From: a virus
Lineage: Duplodnaviria; Caudoviricetes
DNA length: 64,000 nt
Reading direction: 5' to 3' (one strand)
IMG/VR virus record: IMGVR_UViG_3300029305_005387
Shown here: positions 9,531 through 21,200 of the stretch, piece by piece
Layout of the letters: the number at the start of each line of letters is the position of its first letter
How positions within the stretch are numbered: position 1 is the first letter of the stretch
Translations under genes and position numbers: made by a program
The notes under the pieces: generated by a model
The model's database searches: none
What the model saw: the letters and a program-made list of their open reading frames with translations, nothing else
What the model was told of the DNA's origin: nothing

Positions 9531-11380
9531 TAATTGTATTTATTTTGGATATATTTCTTTACCATTCCATACAATTGGGCAATATTCGGAAGTCCAAGGA
9601 AATTATAAGCAAATGTTAGAATATTCTTTGATGCAAATGTGTTCACTGCTTCTCCAGTAATATCTAACTTTCTTAACTTATTATTTTTATCCTTTTCTTC
9701 ATATTTCTGATTCAATGATCTATTAGAGAATTCTCCACTGATAAATTCATCATTATCAAATGATGCTTTGTATTTCAGTGTTATCGGATCCATATTAGAT
9801 GCAATCTTAATTGAAGGATAGAAAGCACCCATATCATAGTCCATTGAGTTTTCATAAATATTATTTGATGGAACTCCTAATACTGGTTTACCAACACGAT
9901 CATTCATCGTTGGTTCGGCATTAATAGCTCCTTTGAAACTAGAATTCTCTTCTTCATCTTCATCAGATCCAAAGAATCTTCTTTCCAATTCATTCTGATG
10001 TTCGTCAATAATGTTTAGATTGTTTCCTTGAACCCATCCATCTTTTTCGAAATACATTTCTCGTACGTTACGGAGTAGATGTGTTTCTCTAAAGATTTTA
10101 TTATACGGAGTTAAATTTGAATGACTTCGCATATAGTAAGTTGTTAAATCATTACATTTTCTTTCTATGCCGTACTGAATGAGTACGTCTTTGATGTTAT
10201 ATGCCCAGAACAGACCCCAGTCTGTATATGGAAATGTAATGATGTTTGCTGCGTCTGGATATTCAACTTTCTTATCTCTTAATTCACGATCACCGATATC
10301 ATTTAATTTTACTGATCGTAGTTTATGTTGGCTCTTTCTAATACTCGCATAAAGCCTCATTTGGCATATAAACTGGGTATAAGAACTGCAATAAAAGAAA
10401 TCAAATTGTTTTTCTAACTGATATGTTGATTTATCAGCTATGAATCTACAAACTGGATTTGGAATATCTTTATGACACATAATAGATGTAGGATCATATC
10501 CAAGGGTTTCTACTCTTGCACATAGGTACGCAATATCGAAACGCATATTCCATATCTCACAGAAGTTTGGTTTTCTTGTATTTATTAATCTAAACACGTC
10601 TGCAATCAGTTCTATTTCTCGTTCATATTCTCTGATATGATAATTCAAATGTCCATATATTTGATCGAAATCTTTATGGCATTTATCATAGAATTCATCC
10701 AAATGATTCATCATATATTCATGTTGTTTTACTTGATGTTCATACATCTGAATACGTTTATTCCATTCTTCATCAGATCGACCAGATCTTACAGGTTTAA
10801 ATGGCCTAAGAATAAATGTATACACATCTTTAGTAGCTTCTAACAATACAGTTACTAAGTTTACAGGTGCATATGCAGTATCCTTAACATTATCCATGTC
10901 AACGATGTAATCGATCTGATCGATCTCTATATCTAGGAATGCTCTAGTAAGTTTTGGTGTATTTAATGGATATCTTTCATACCAGTTCTTGTAATAATAA
11001 TATTCTGGTTGAAAATCACATCCATATGCATATGGCCATTTATACAACTGATTCAATATCTTTGCATCTCGATGCTCAACCGAAGCTTCTCTAATAGCTC
11101 TACCCCAGTTACCAGCTTCCTGAGAGATCTTCCATCGTATTTCTGAAATAGGGACACGGATTTTATCCATTTTCTCCATACGTTCCTCAGGCTTATTATA
11201 GGTATACGTACGATATTCAGGTTTCACTATATAGATATCAGCTTCTCCAGGTTCTTCAGCATAATGAACATTTTCATCATCATCCATATAAATAACTTGG
11301 AAACATTCTTTTATTTCTCTCTTTCTATCAGGTCTAACATATGTGACCTTTAAGAGTGTTGGATTTTTACCTTTAATCAC
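9530..11380 (-). CDS. Family B DNA polymerase, N-terminal subunit of a split enzyme (3'-5' exonuclease + palm motif A)
   Basis: ExoI FLDIE, ExoII WNMRFDI, ExoIII YNIKD, FKGA and DYDMGAFYPS; motifs B and C absent. Confidence 0.8.
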   Translation of the reverse strand: MIKGKNPTLLKVTYVRPDRKREIKECFQVIYMDDDENVHYAEEPGEADIYIVKPEYRTYTYNKPEERMEKMDKIRVPISEIRWKISQEAGNWGRAIREASVEHRDAKILNQLYKWPYAYGCDFQPEYYYYKNWYERYPLNTPKLTRAFLDIEIDQIDYIVDMDNVKDTAYAPVNLVTVLLEATKDVYTFILRPFKPVRSGRSDEEWNKRIQMYEHQVKQHEYMMNHLDEFYDKCHKDFDQIYGHLNYHIREYEREIELIADVFRLINTRKPNFCEIWNMRFDIAYLCARVETLGYDPTSIMCHKDIPNPVCRFIADKSTYQLEKQFDFFYCSSYTQFICQMRLYASIRKSQHKLRSVKLNDIGDRELRDKKVEYPDAANIITFPYTDWGLFWAYNIKDVLIQYGIERKCNDLTTYYMRSHSNLTPYNKIFRETHLLRNVREMYFEKDGWVQGNNLNIIDEHQNELERRFFGSDEDEEENSSFKGAINAEPTMNDRVGKPVLGVPSNNIYENSMDYDMGAFYPSIKIASNMDPITLKYKASFDNDEFISGEFSNRSLNQKYEEKDKNNKLRKLDITGEAVNTFASKNILTFAYNFLGLPNIAQLYGMVKKYIQNKYN

Positions 11381-11464
11381 TCTTCAAATCACCTCCAAAT
11401 ATAAAAATTTGAATGGGCTGTTTGTCGCCCATTCAAATTTATTTTATTCCGAATTACAAGAAGA

Positions 11465-11761
11465 TTAGATATGCCAATGCTTACCTTTCTTCTTGTTTTT
11501 CTTTTTCTTCTTACCTTTCTTTGATTCAATATAGAAAGAGTAAGTACTATTGGAATCTTTATGTTTCTTACCTTTCTTTTTATCCTTCTTTTTCTTCTTA
11601 GGTTGAGTATAATCTTTTACTACATCATACACTGCTCTCGGAGTACCGTTCTTCTTTGTACCAAGTAAATACTTCTGCATTCCATCCAATGTTACCAGCT
11701 GTGCTAAGTTCTGTACTAATACAGAATTACTATTAGCAATTTCATTCTTTTTGTCACTCAT
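11465..11761 (-). CDS. Small Lys-rich basic protein
   Basis: GGAGG RBS; poly-Lys C-terminus. Confidence 0.7.
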   Translation of the reverse strand: MSDKKNEIANSNSVLVQNLAQLVTLDGMQKYLLGTKKNGTPRAVYDVVKDYTQPKKKKKDKKKGKKHKDSNSTYSFYIESKKGKKKKKNKKKGKHWHI

Positions 11762-11781
11762 TTTATGTTTCCTCCTTAAAC

Positions 11782-12726
11782 TTATTTAGTTGGATCAGAC
11801 CATCTATCAACTGGAACTGTTAATAAACGTCTTGTGAGATCTAACACTCTGTCATCTGCTTTAGATTTCTTTTTACTAGATTTAGATCGTCTGTGTTCTT
11901 TTTCTAAATGTTTTAACTGTTTCTTGCTTACAGCATACATTTTAATCCAGCGTTTTGCCAAATCATTTCTAAATTCTTTCTTCCAATCAGCATTGCCAGG
12001 AATGAATTCCTTAAGGAAAGATTTAATAATCTTTTCGTCTTTCTTAATATCATCCTTTGAATCGGCAATAACTACACCATGACGGTTAATAGCTCTCTTA
12101 GGATTTTTAGCTTCTCTGAAAACTCTTGACTGTCCATATACATCATGAGATTTCTTCTTTGGACTTTCATCATCGTCATCGTAATCGTCTTCCATATATG
12201 GAGAAATGAAACGATCAAATACAGATGAAACATCATCATATGAATCATCATATTCCAGATCTTCCGGATCAAAACTTTCATCATCATCATTTTCAACATC
12301 CTGCATTTCTGATTTCCAATCTTCATATACAGAATATACATTTTCAGATCGTTCATACATAAATGTATTTATACGTGAACTTTCATAAATCTTTTTCATT
12401 ACATCATCCATATCAAGTACGGATTTAGCTACATCTGTATCAAACTCTTCATCTTCATAATGATAATTTAATGATGTATTAACAATTGTATCTGTACCCA
12501 ATTTATCACTGAATAATTTAATCAATGTTGTGAGAAATACTGACGGACTTAGTTCTTCAAATGTTTCTTCATTGTAGATAATCGAAAATCCGTATGCCGC
12601 TTTATTTACTTTAATATTACTCTCTGTTGAAAGTAATTTACCATCCCTGGCAGGATCGAATTCTTTAATGGTATTCATTACTTTATCGCCAGGAATAATA
12701 TGAATTGTTAGATTAACCTTGTTCAT
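11782..12726 (-). CDS. Hypothetical protein (acidic middle, basic C-terminus)
   Basis: ORF with AGGAGG RBS, operonic. Confidence 0.75.
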   Translation of the reverse strand: MNKVNLTIHIIPGDKVMNTIKEFDPARDGKLLSTESNIKVNKAAYGFSIIYNEETFEELSPSVFLTTLIKLFSDKLGTDTIVNTSLNYHYEDEEFDTDVAKSVLDMDDVMKKIYESSRINTFMYERSENVYSVYEDWKSEMQDVENDDDESFDPEDLEYDDSYDDVSSVFDRFISPYMEDDYDDDDESPKKKSHDVYGQSRVFREAKNPKRAINRHGVVIADSKDDIKKDEKIIKSFLKEFIPGNADWKKEFRNDLAKRWIKMYAVSKKQLKHLEKEHRRSKSSKKKSKADDRVLDLTRRLLTVPVDRWSDPTK

Positions 12727-12750
12727 ATCACACTATCCTCCTTATAATAA

Positions 12751-12999
12751 TTAAACCAAGTTGTTCCATTCATCTTCATCTTTAAAAACACTTTTATCTC
12801 CTTTCCTTAACTTTTTAATCAACTTTCGAACTCGTTTTATAGCTTCATCAATATTCTTCTTGCATTCGTCATAAATATCATCTGGAATAATCATGACTTT
12901 CTCAAGCATATTAATATACTCTTCGAAAATTTCAGCGAGTTGATTCATGTCATCTCTAGTAATATCAGCTGGATCAAAATTTTCTCTAAATGATCCCAT
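12751..12999 (-). CDS. Hypothetical protein
   Basis: AAGGTGG RBS; TATATTAT motif at 13050-13057. Confidence 0.7.
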   Translation of the reverse strand: MGSFRENFDPADITRDDMNQLAEIFEEYINMLEKVMIIPDDIYDECKKNIDEAIKRVRKLIKKLRKGDKSVFKDEDEWNNLV

Positions 13000-13095
13000 T
13001 AATTATCCCACCTTTCTTTTTAAAAACCATGATTCAGTTCGATATATTTATAATATATCATTTATAAATATAACATAAAATGGAGGTTGTTATTT

Positions 13096-14391
13096 ATGAT
13101 TATTTCTAACATTAAAGAATCAGGATCAAACAATATTTTGAAATGGGCTATTAATAATGGTGCTGATATAAAGAATGACATTCAGCTTCAATCAATCATT
13201 AATGATGAGACATTTTATATCGTTCAAATCGATGATGTTAATTTTTTTGAATTATTTCGACTATCTCAAATGTATCGTGAAAAACTTCGTATTGTCGATG
13301 AGAAGAAATATGATCTTCCACCTCGTAAAGAATTATTCCAACTCTTTAATGGTCATCACATTCCTGATCCAGAAAATAAACCAGATGAAAAAGTTCCTCT
13401 TCATGAATTAGTTGAATATTCCTGTCAGCAATTCATTAACTTAGCTTTACAAATGAATAGTGATTCTGATATTATCCGTCCTGAAACTGTTCGTTTATTC
13501 TTCCCTATGATTTGTAGAAGATTTGATGTCCAGATTCCTGTTTCTTTCATGGATATTGTTGGAACTATTCCAGATGAAGATCAAACAAGAAAATTATTTA
13601 ATTCAGAATATCCTGATAATCTGAATCAGTATGTAATTGAAAGTGAAAATAATGTTAAAAATCTTTTGTATATTGGATTGATGAAAAGTACATCAATCAT
13701 TAGATATGATGATCATTACGATCAATTATTAAAAGTTACTAAATATTCTCCTCTTAAGAAAGTTAATACAAACAAGTTATGGAAAGCTCGTATGAGCGGA
13801 TTCTTCAAATATGATAATATTTCTAGAGGAGAAGTTCGTTGTTCGTTGTTCCAACCTAATAAGATTACAGTAGCTGATAACTTGAAGAGAATGTCCAGAA
13901 TTAAAACTCCACTTAAAGTAGATTTCGTTGTACAAATGCCGTTACAATACATGCAGATTCTTCTAAACTCATTTTCTAGAGAAGAATTAAATATTACATA
14001 TGAATCTTCCATGTCTGCTATTATCGACTCCGGAATTCATTTTAATGATTTTATTTCTCATGAATGGGATGAAAATACAGAAAATGAAGAAGAAAAGAAT
14101 GCAATTCTGCAGTATAATAATGCAATTGAAACATATCAAAATCGCATCAATGAAGTAAACAATATTGTCTTAAATACGATTCCTATTATGCTTACAAATG
14201 ACGGAGATGTTGATGTTACTGCTACATTTGCAATGTTGCCTGCAATTTATTCAGCTAAAGCTGTTATCACAATTAATATGCAATATGCGGATAAATATAT
14301 GAGACATTTTGATCCTACTATTGTAGAAATGTTCCAAGAACTTCTTGAAGTTTGTGAATCTATTCAAGAAGATATTAATAAGTCAAAATAA
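13096..14391 (+). CDS. Hypothetical protein
   Basis: Long ORF; GGAGG RBS before ATG 13096. Confidence 0.75.
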   Translation: MIISNIKESGSNNILKWAINNGADIKNDIQLQSIINDETFYIVQIDDVNFFELFRLSQMYREKLRIVDEKKYDLPPRKELFQLFNGHHIPDPENKPDEKVPLHELVEYSCQQFINLALQMNSDSDIIRPETVRLFFPMICRRFDVQIPVSFMDIVGTIPDEDQTRKLFNSEYPDNLNQYVIESENNVKNLLYIGLMKSTSIIRYDDHYDQLLKVTKYSPLKKVNTNKLWKARMSGFFKYDNISRGEVRCSLFQPNKITVADNLKRMSRIKTPLKVDFVVQMPLQYMQILLNSFSREELNITYESSMSAIIDSGIHFNDFISHEWDENTENEEEKNAILQYNNAIETYQNRINEVNNIVLNTIPIMLTNDGDVDVTATFAMLPAIYSAKAVITINMQYADKYMRHFDPTIVEMFQELLEVCESIQEDINKSK

Positions 14392-14402
14392 AAATAAAAC
14401 TA

Positions 14403-14443
14403 ATACAATGAAATGCTCCTATTATAGGAGCATTTCATTGTAT
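14403..14443. terminator. Bidirectional terminator
   Basis: 20-bp inverted repeat between convergent genes. Confidence 0.75.
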
Positions 14444-14449
14444 AATCTC

Positions 14450-15076
14450 TCATGATAGAAACACTCCTGCCAATTTCTTTACTAAACCTCCAAAGATAGT
14501 AGGAATGATGATCAATGCCAGGTTATTAATTAATTCTGCATGCCTATTATAGAATTTCTTTATTTTCTTTATTCCTTTTTTCACTGCTCTCTGGAAATGT
14601 CCTACATATCTTCCGAATCTTGTTCCATGATCAAGCTCATTCATATTAACTCCACTTTGTTCCTGTAACATTTGGAGTTCTGCATCAATATCTTTAAGTT
14701 TAATATTAATAGATACAATTCGTTTAGAATCTTTTCTATCAGTTGGATCTAATTTACCAAGAGTATGACGAAGTCTATCTCTTTTTGCAAGTAATTGCAT
14801 CATTTCTACTTGGAAGTCTCTTTTATCTACTACTTTCTGTGCAATTACTTTCTTTCGTTGTTTAACATACCAATCTTCTGTAATTAATAATGGACCTTTA
14901 ACTCCTGGAACTCCTTTAATGAAAGGCATTGGAATTTTACGAGGTTCTCTAATCGTAGCTGGATCATTAGCATGAGCAGCTTTAAGTTGTGTATCTGCGT
15001 CAATAAAAATTTGTGGAACTGTTTTCAAATAATATTGTCCAGCATCCATATATGGAACGATATCATCAAATGTCAT
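14450..15076 (-). CDS. Hypothetical protein with coiled coil and C-terminal hydrophobic segment
   Basis: AAGGAG RBS; LALIIIPTIFGGLV near the C-terminus. Confidence 0.7.
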   Translation of the reverse strand: MTFDDIVPYMDAGQYYLKTVPQIFIDADTQLKAAHANDPATIREPRKIPMPFIKGVPGVKGPLLITEDWYVKQRKKVIAQKVVDKRDFQVEMMQLLAKRDRLRHTLGKLDPTDRKDSKRIVSINIKLKDIDAELQMLQEQSGVNMNELDHGTRFGRYVGHFQRAVKKGIKKIKKFYNRHAELINNLALIIIPTIFGGLVKKLAGVFLS

Positions 15077-15118
15077 TATCTTACATCTCCTTCTTTCTAA
15101 GTATTAGCTTTAATTTTA

Positions 15119-15204
15119 AATCATATAACAATCATATAGTAAACGTATAGCAATCGTATAATAAATCATAAAATAATCATATAGTAATCATAAAGTTAAT
15201 CAAA
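15119..15204. repeat. Eight tandem 11-12 bp repeats, consensus AATCRTATAGT
   Basis: Units start at 15119, 15130, 15141, 15152, 15164, 15175, 15186 and 15198. Confidence 0.75.
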
Positions 15205-15237
15205 TTAGTTATCATCTTATTATTAGAATAATATATA

Positions 15238-15273
15238 AATAAGAGAGGGAGCAAATTTGCTCCCTCTCTTATT
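15238..15273. terminator. Terminator after the tape measure/lysin gene
   Basis: Perfect 36-bp palindrome aataagagagggagcaaa/tttgctccctctcttatt. Confidence 0.75.
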
Positions 15274-15281
15274 TCACGTAT

Positions 15282-18200
15282 TTATGGTCTAGCCATTGCT
15301 GTTATTGATCGTGCACTTGAATAAGAACTTGATCCTTTGTTAAATGTTTTTGATTTAGATTTACCTAGTGCATTAATTGAATCACGTAAACCCTGATCAA
15401 CAAATTCTTTTTCATTCAAGCTTGATAATAATGTAGTGGAAGATCCTGTATTTGTACTGATCTTTACTAATTCAGAAACTACCTGTTTCATCAATCCAAT
15501 CACTCCACTTAAGTCAGTTCCTGGAATAATATCATGCTGATAAGAATTATCACTCGTTACAGGAGCACTAGCTTTAATGATAGGAGGATTACTTTGATTC
15601 AATGTATGAGTTACTGAATAATTATCAGAAGGAGTAACTTTAGGAATAGATTTTCTCTGTGTAGTTGCATAATTATTCATTGTACCAATACTACTATCTG
15701 TAGGTCCACCGATACCATCTTCAATATTACCAGGATCAGCTTGCACCTCTAAAGTCTTTCCGCTAGGATCTTTCAATACTTGAGCATTTTGTGATTCAAA
15801 ATCATAATTTTCATCTTCAATTGAACCACCAGTACCATATTTACCTTTAAGCTGATTATACAAAGATCTAGCAGTAGATTGTCTGGAAGAAGAGTCTCCG
15901 GAATATCCTTCAAAATACTTACAGAACAATCTTGCAGCTTCTTCAGGACTAGAAGCATTTTCAATCTTGGATCTTACACCAGAATAGCTTCCTTTCAATT
16001 CAGTATCAAGGAATGCTAACTGAGTTGCAGAATCACCCCAATCAAGATTATTAGATCTTGCAAAATCAAGTAATGCTTTACCTCTAGGACCTGTCCATTG
16101 AGCATAACCAATACCAGGATAATAGTGTCCATCAGATGCTTTATATGCAGCTCTATTAATAGATAGACCTTGGCTTGCATACTGATTAAATAGTGCTTGT
16201 GTATAATTATCCATCGCAGATCTATCATTCAGTACTTTATCATATCCTAGTAAAGTTTTGAAGGAATTAGAATAATCCCATTCAACTCGTTTGGATCTAT
16301 TACCAGATTCCTTCGTCCAGCAACCAAGAACACCAGCAATAGCATGATCACTATATCCAAGTCCTTTGAAATATTTCCAAAGTTCTTCTGCTCCTTCACC
16401 AACTGATGATATACTAGAGAGACTCGTTTGAAGATTACTAAAATCAACTGCTCTAATGTAAACAGTTACTTCACTCATCTTACGTTTCTTTCTAGCTACA
16501 CAACCACCGTTGCTTTGAGAGCCAGCGTCAGAAGCTGAAGTATTACCTTCAATTGTCTGAATGTATCCATTACCCAATACTTCTTCCACAATACCAGTAT
16601 GAGACATACTAGATGTAGATTTAGTCCAGATAATAATATCACCTGGTTTAGGATTAGATGTATGAACCTTATCAGACTGATTAGATTTATACCAGTTCAT
16701 CAATTGTGAACAAGATGCAGTTTTGTGAGGTAAAGTTAATCCTGCATTATTGAAACACCATTGTACAAATGCCATACACCAAGGATACGAATCACCACTA
16801 ACTTCTTTACCATAATACCATGTATTATATTTTACTTTATTGCTTCCAGGAGGATTTTCAGTTGTACCAATTTCAGCCGCACACATTGCAAGGAAGTCAG
16901 CTGCAGAACCAACGCCACCACTGTAAGCTCCAGAAGAACCACTAATAGAACTACTTGAACTAGAGGAATTATTACTGAATAGACCGCCAGTTATTAAGTT
17001 CAAGAATCCAGTACCAACTTCCTGAATCTTATCAATTAACTGATTGAAAATACCATCAGATGTTCCACCTGTACCAATTCTGCTATCATTATCAATCTCT
17101 TGATATCCACCATGAATTGGATTAATTGCAGACTTTCTACCAAGTTTAGCATCATTTTCAATCTGATAATGTAAGTGAGCTCCTGTTGACCAACCAGTTG
17201 AACCCATTCGACCAATCTTAGTACCAACCTCAACTCTTGCTCCAGGTTTAATGGAACTAGGAATAGATCCAGCGGCTAGATGCATGTTCTTAACTCGTTT
17301 GCCGTTATCAGTATCGATCCATACTTCATTACCACCTGATTTATTTCCACTATAAGACCATTTACCATTTGCGTCTTTATGAGCAGTATCATTATCTGCG
17401 ACAGTTCTTTCAACTTTAGAAATAGTACCACTGAAACGTGATTCTACATCAGCAGTTTTAGAACCATCCCTAGGTATTAAATCAACACCATAATGGTATC
17501 CTTCATAAGGATGACGTCTCTTACCAAATCCACTGCTTACAGAATAAGATTTGTTTAAAGGATTACCTCCTTCAATACTACCACCTATTCCAGCATAAGC
17601 AGGTTGCATAGAAGATCTGAAAGGAACAGCTCCGCCTATTCTAGGTCCACCTACTCCTTCACTATCGCCTCCGGAACCACCTAACCAATCCCAGAACTTC
17701 TCTAAACCACCGCTGAATTTTTCCTTGACAGAATCAATCGCATCTTCAATCCAATTTCCAATTGAACTAACGATTGCAACAGCAGAATTGAAAAGTTTAG
17801 AAATAGTAAATGAAACTTTCCATATAGCAGATAATGGGTCTCCATCTTCCAAAGTTAATTCTTTACTCCAAACCGCATTTACATCTCCATCTTTAGCTGA
17901 ATCTGCTAAATCAGAAAGAGCTGTATCAAGAGTACTCTTATTTGAACTAACCTTAGTTGAGATTCCTTCAAATCCTTCTTTGATTTTATTACCAATTACA
18001 TGTATTCCAGCTCTTGGATAGTTGATAAGTTTTGCAACTCCAAACATAGCTTTCATGATACCGCCAAGAGGATTTTCTGAATTATCTTCGTATTCTAAAG
18101 ATTTAATTCCTTCAAAATCACCAGCCTTAGCGTATTCTTCAATTGAATCCACATTTGTATCTAAAGTAGATTTAGCTTCACCAATTGTATCAAGCATTGC

Positions 18201-21200
18201 AGTGAATTTCTCTTTAACTTTAGCACCTACCCAATGTAATCCAGCACTTGGTACGTTCAAATATTTATCAACTGTAAAGATAGCTTTAGTGAAACCACCT
18301 ACTGGGTTTTCAGGATCATCTTCAAAATCTAAACCTAATAAACCTGTTACATCACCATCTTTTACGAACTGTGAGATACTTTCATGGTTCTGTGTCAACG
18401 CTCCAAAACTATTGGAAACCTTTTCTTTTACAGCATTAAACTTAGAACTTACGCTATTACCTACCCAGTGAAGACCTGTTGGTACATAGTGTAAAAATTT
18501 ATCCACATTAAAAATTCCCTGTGTAAAACCACCTACTGGGTTTTCAGGGTCCATTTCCATTGTGGCTGCTCCTAAAGCTGTAAAATCTCCAGTTTTGGAA
18601 ATTGCATTCAGAGTATCATGATTTGTTCCTAAAGTAGTAAAACTATTGGAAACCTTTTCTTTTACAGCATTAAACTTATCGGCGATTTTATGTCCTACCC
18701 AAGATAAACCTGCAGGAACAAATGAAACAAATCTAACACCGTTAAAGATTGATCTTGTTAATTTACCAACTGGATTCTCATCATTATCAACGAATTCAGC
18801 TGTTTTCAATCCTTCTAAATCACCAGCACTAATGTACTGAGTTAAGTTTCCAACACTTGTCGATAGTTGATTAAAATCATTCTTAACGACGGATACTATT
18901 TTAGAAATCTTATCCCCAATAATACCACCAACTCGTTTAACCAAAGCTGTTGGAATGATGCTTAGACGAGAAGCGATTTTTGTAACTTTCATAAAATCGC
19001 CGACTGGATTATCTGGATCTTCATCCTCAACCTTAAACAGATCTGAGAAGTTTGAAGACTTATCTGTCAAGAGTTTATTTGCATATTCTCTTTCAGCAGA
19101 AATAGTACTTCCAAAATCTTTAACCTTTTTAACTACTCCAGTTACTTTATCAGCGATTCCATGACCAGCTGCAGATATTAATGTAGGTACTGTAATAAAT
19201 GTTTTTCCTGCATTATAAACTGCACTGCCAAAACCACTTATAGGACTATCAGTATCAACTTCAGAACTTTTACTAGAAAGAAGACCTTTTATATCACCTT
19301 TCTTAACATAACTGAATAGTGTTGCTGCTGAAGATTTAAAATCACTAAAACCTTTTTTAGCTTTATCACCAATATTTTCAGTAAATTCCTTAATAGAATC
19401 TCCAGCATTGGATAAAGCAGCTCCAGTTCTTTCAATCAGATTACCTTTAGTTTCTTTAACTACATAATTTCCTTCAGCATCGACTTTAGCAACACCATTT
19501 TCATCGGTTTCATAAACATCTCCACCAGTAAAGAAACGTCCAACACTATTAGCCCATTTACCAATTTTAGCACCGAATTTTTCATCTTTATAAAGTTCAT
19601 TACCTTCGGCATCAACAGCTCTAATGGCTTTACCTTCAGCGTCTCGAACAACAACACCCTCTTCATTTTTGACGTATTGTTTTTCTCCGCCTATAACAGC
19701 ACCTTTCAGACCTCCATCTATTATACCACCAGCATCATCAAAGACAAAGTTTCCTTCTTCATCTTTTTTCATACCGCCTCTTAGAACTTTATCAACCCAA
19801 CTTCCATTGTTTACAAGATCATTGAAAGTTGAACTATTAAGATCTGTACCATATTGAGCATTATATTTATCTTTCTGAGCAGTCATTTCACCTTGCTTCT
19901 CAGCAAGTGTAGCTGCTCCTTCTTCACCAGCAATCAACTTATATAAGAATTCAGCAATGTATTGTTGTAATGTTTTACCAGTCAATCCTAAAATAATAAG
20001 TTGATCAATGATATCAAGAGCACTTACGATAAAACCTACAGCAGGAGTCCATTCAAGAGCTTCAAATACACCTTTTTGAACTGCAGCTATAGCTTTCATA
20101 GTAGCATCTGCTTCTCCAGGAGCGACATTGAACAAATGTTCTACTGAACATAGACCAGAAGCAATACCAGATATAGCACCTATTGCAATTGGAACTCCGA
20201 CTCCTAAAGCAGAAATAGCCTGTTTAGCTGTTCCAGCTCCTAATTTTGCAGTAAGTTTAGCAGTAATCTTCTCAGCAATAGTAGATGTAACTTTACCAGT
20301 AGTTTTTCTGCAAATATCATCGAAGAAAGAAGTAATTTTTCCTCCAAAAGATTTTAACGCATTTACTGCTTTAAATTTAGTAGCAAGGAAATTAAAGAAT
20401 TTCTTCAGAATTTCAATAATATTATCAACAAGACCTACACCTTTATCTATTACTGACTTCTTACCTTTAATTGCAGATACTCCCTGATTCACAATTAGAC
20501 CTGCAGTTGTACCAGCAGTAACATAATCACCAAGTCTTTCAGAATTTTCTTCACTTAATCCAAGTTGGTCGCCTACATAACTAGCAGCTTCTCCAGCAAT
20601 AGTAGAAACTCCTGTCATTACACCAACACGTTTAGCATTAAGAACAACTTCATCTAGAGCTCCTTTACCAGTTTGACTTCTAGCCTCAGCTGCATCAGCA
20701 TCTGCGTCTTGTGCTCTCTGATAATAATCACCAGATTGGTCAGCTAACTGATCTCTTTGTTGACGTAATGTAGCTGCTCCATCAACATCTCCATCCATTT
20801 CAGCAATTCTTGCTCTACGAGTAAGATCAGAAGCTTCCGCATATGCATCATCAGCCATATTCATATAGTTTACAGAATCTCTTGTATACTTATATGCCTG
20901 ATAAGCAGGTTTCGTGATGGACTGTTTCAAAGGAGTGTAAAGTAAGTAATCATTCTTCGCTTCTGTTGCTCCTTGATGAATAACTTGTTCACCACTAGCA
21001 TCGGTATCATTATGATATACATTAGTAAATGGATTGAATAAATCAGTTTTATCATTTACTTCAGCATCAAATGTATTCAGGACTGTATTCACACCAGAGG
21101 TTACTGGATCATCAGATTTATCAGATCCCCAGAACTCTTCCCAAGAATCTCTCAGCTGATCAGCTATATTGTCCATATTACCAAAAGCACCTAATATAGT

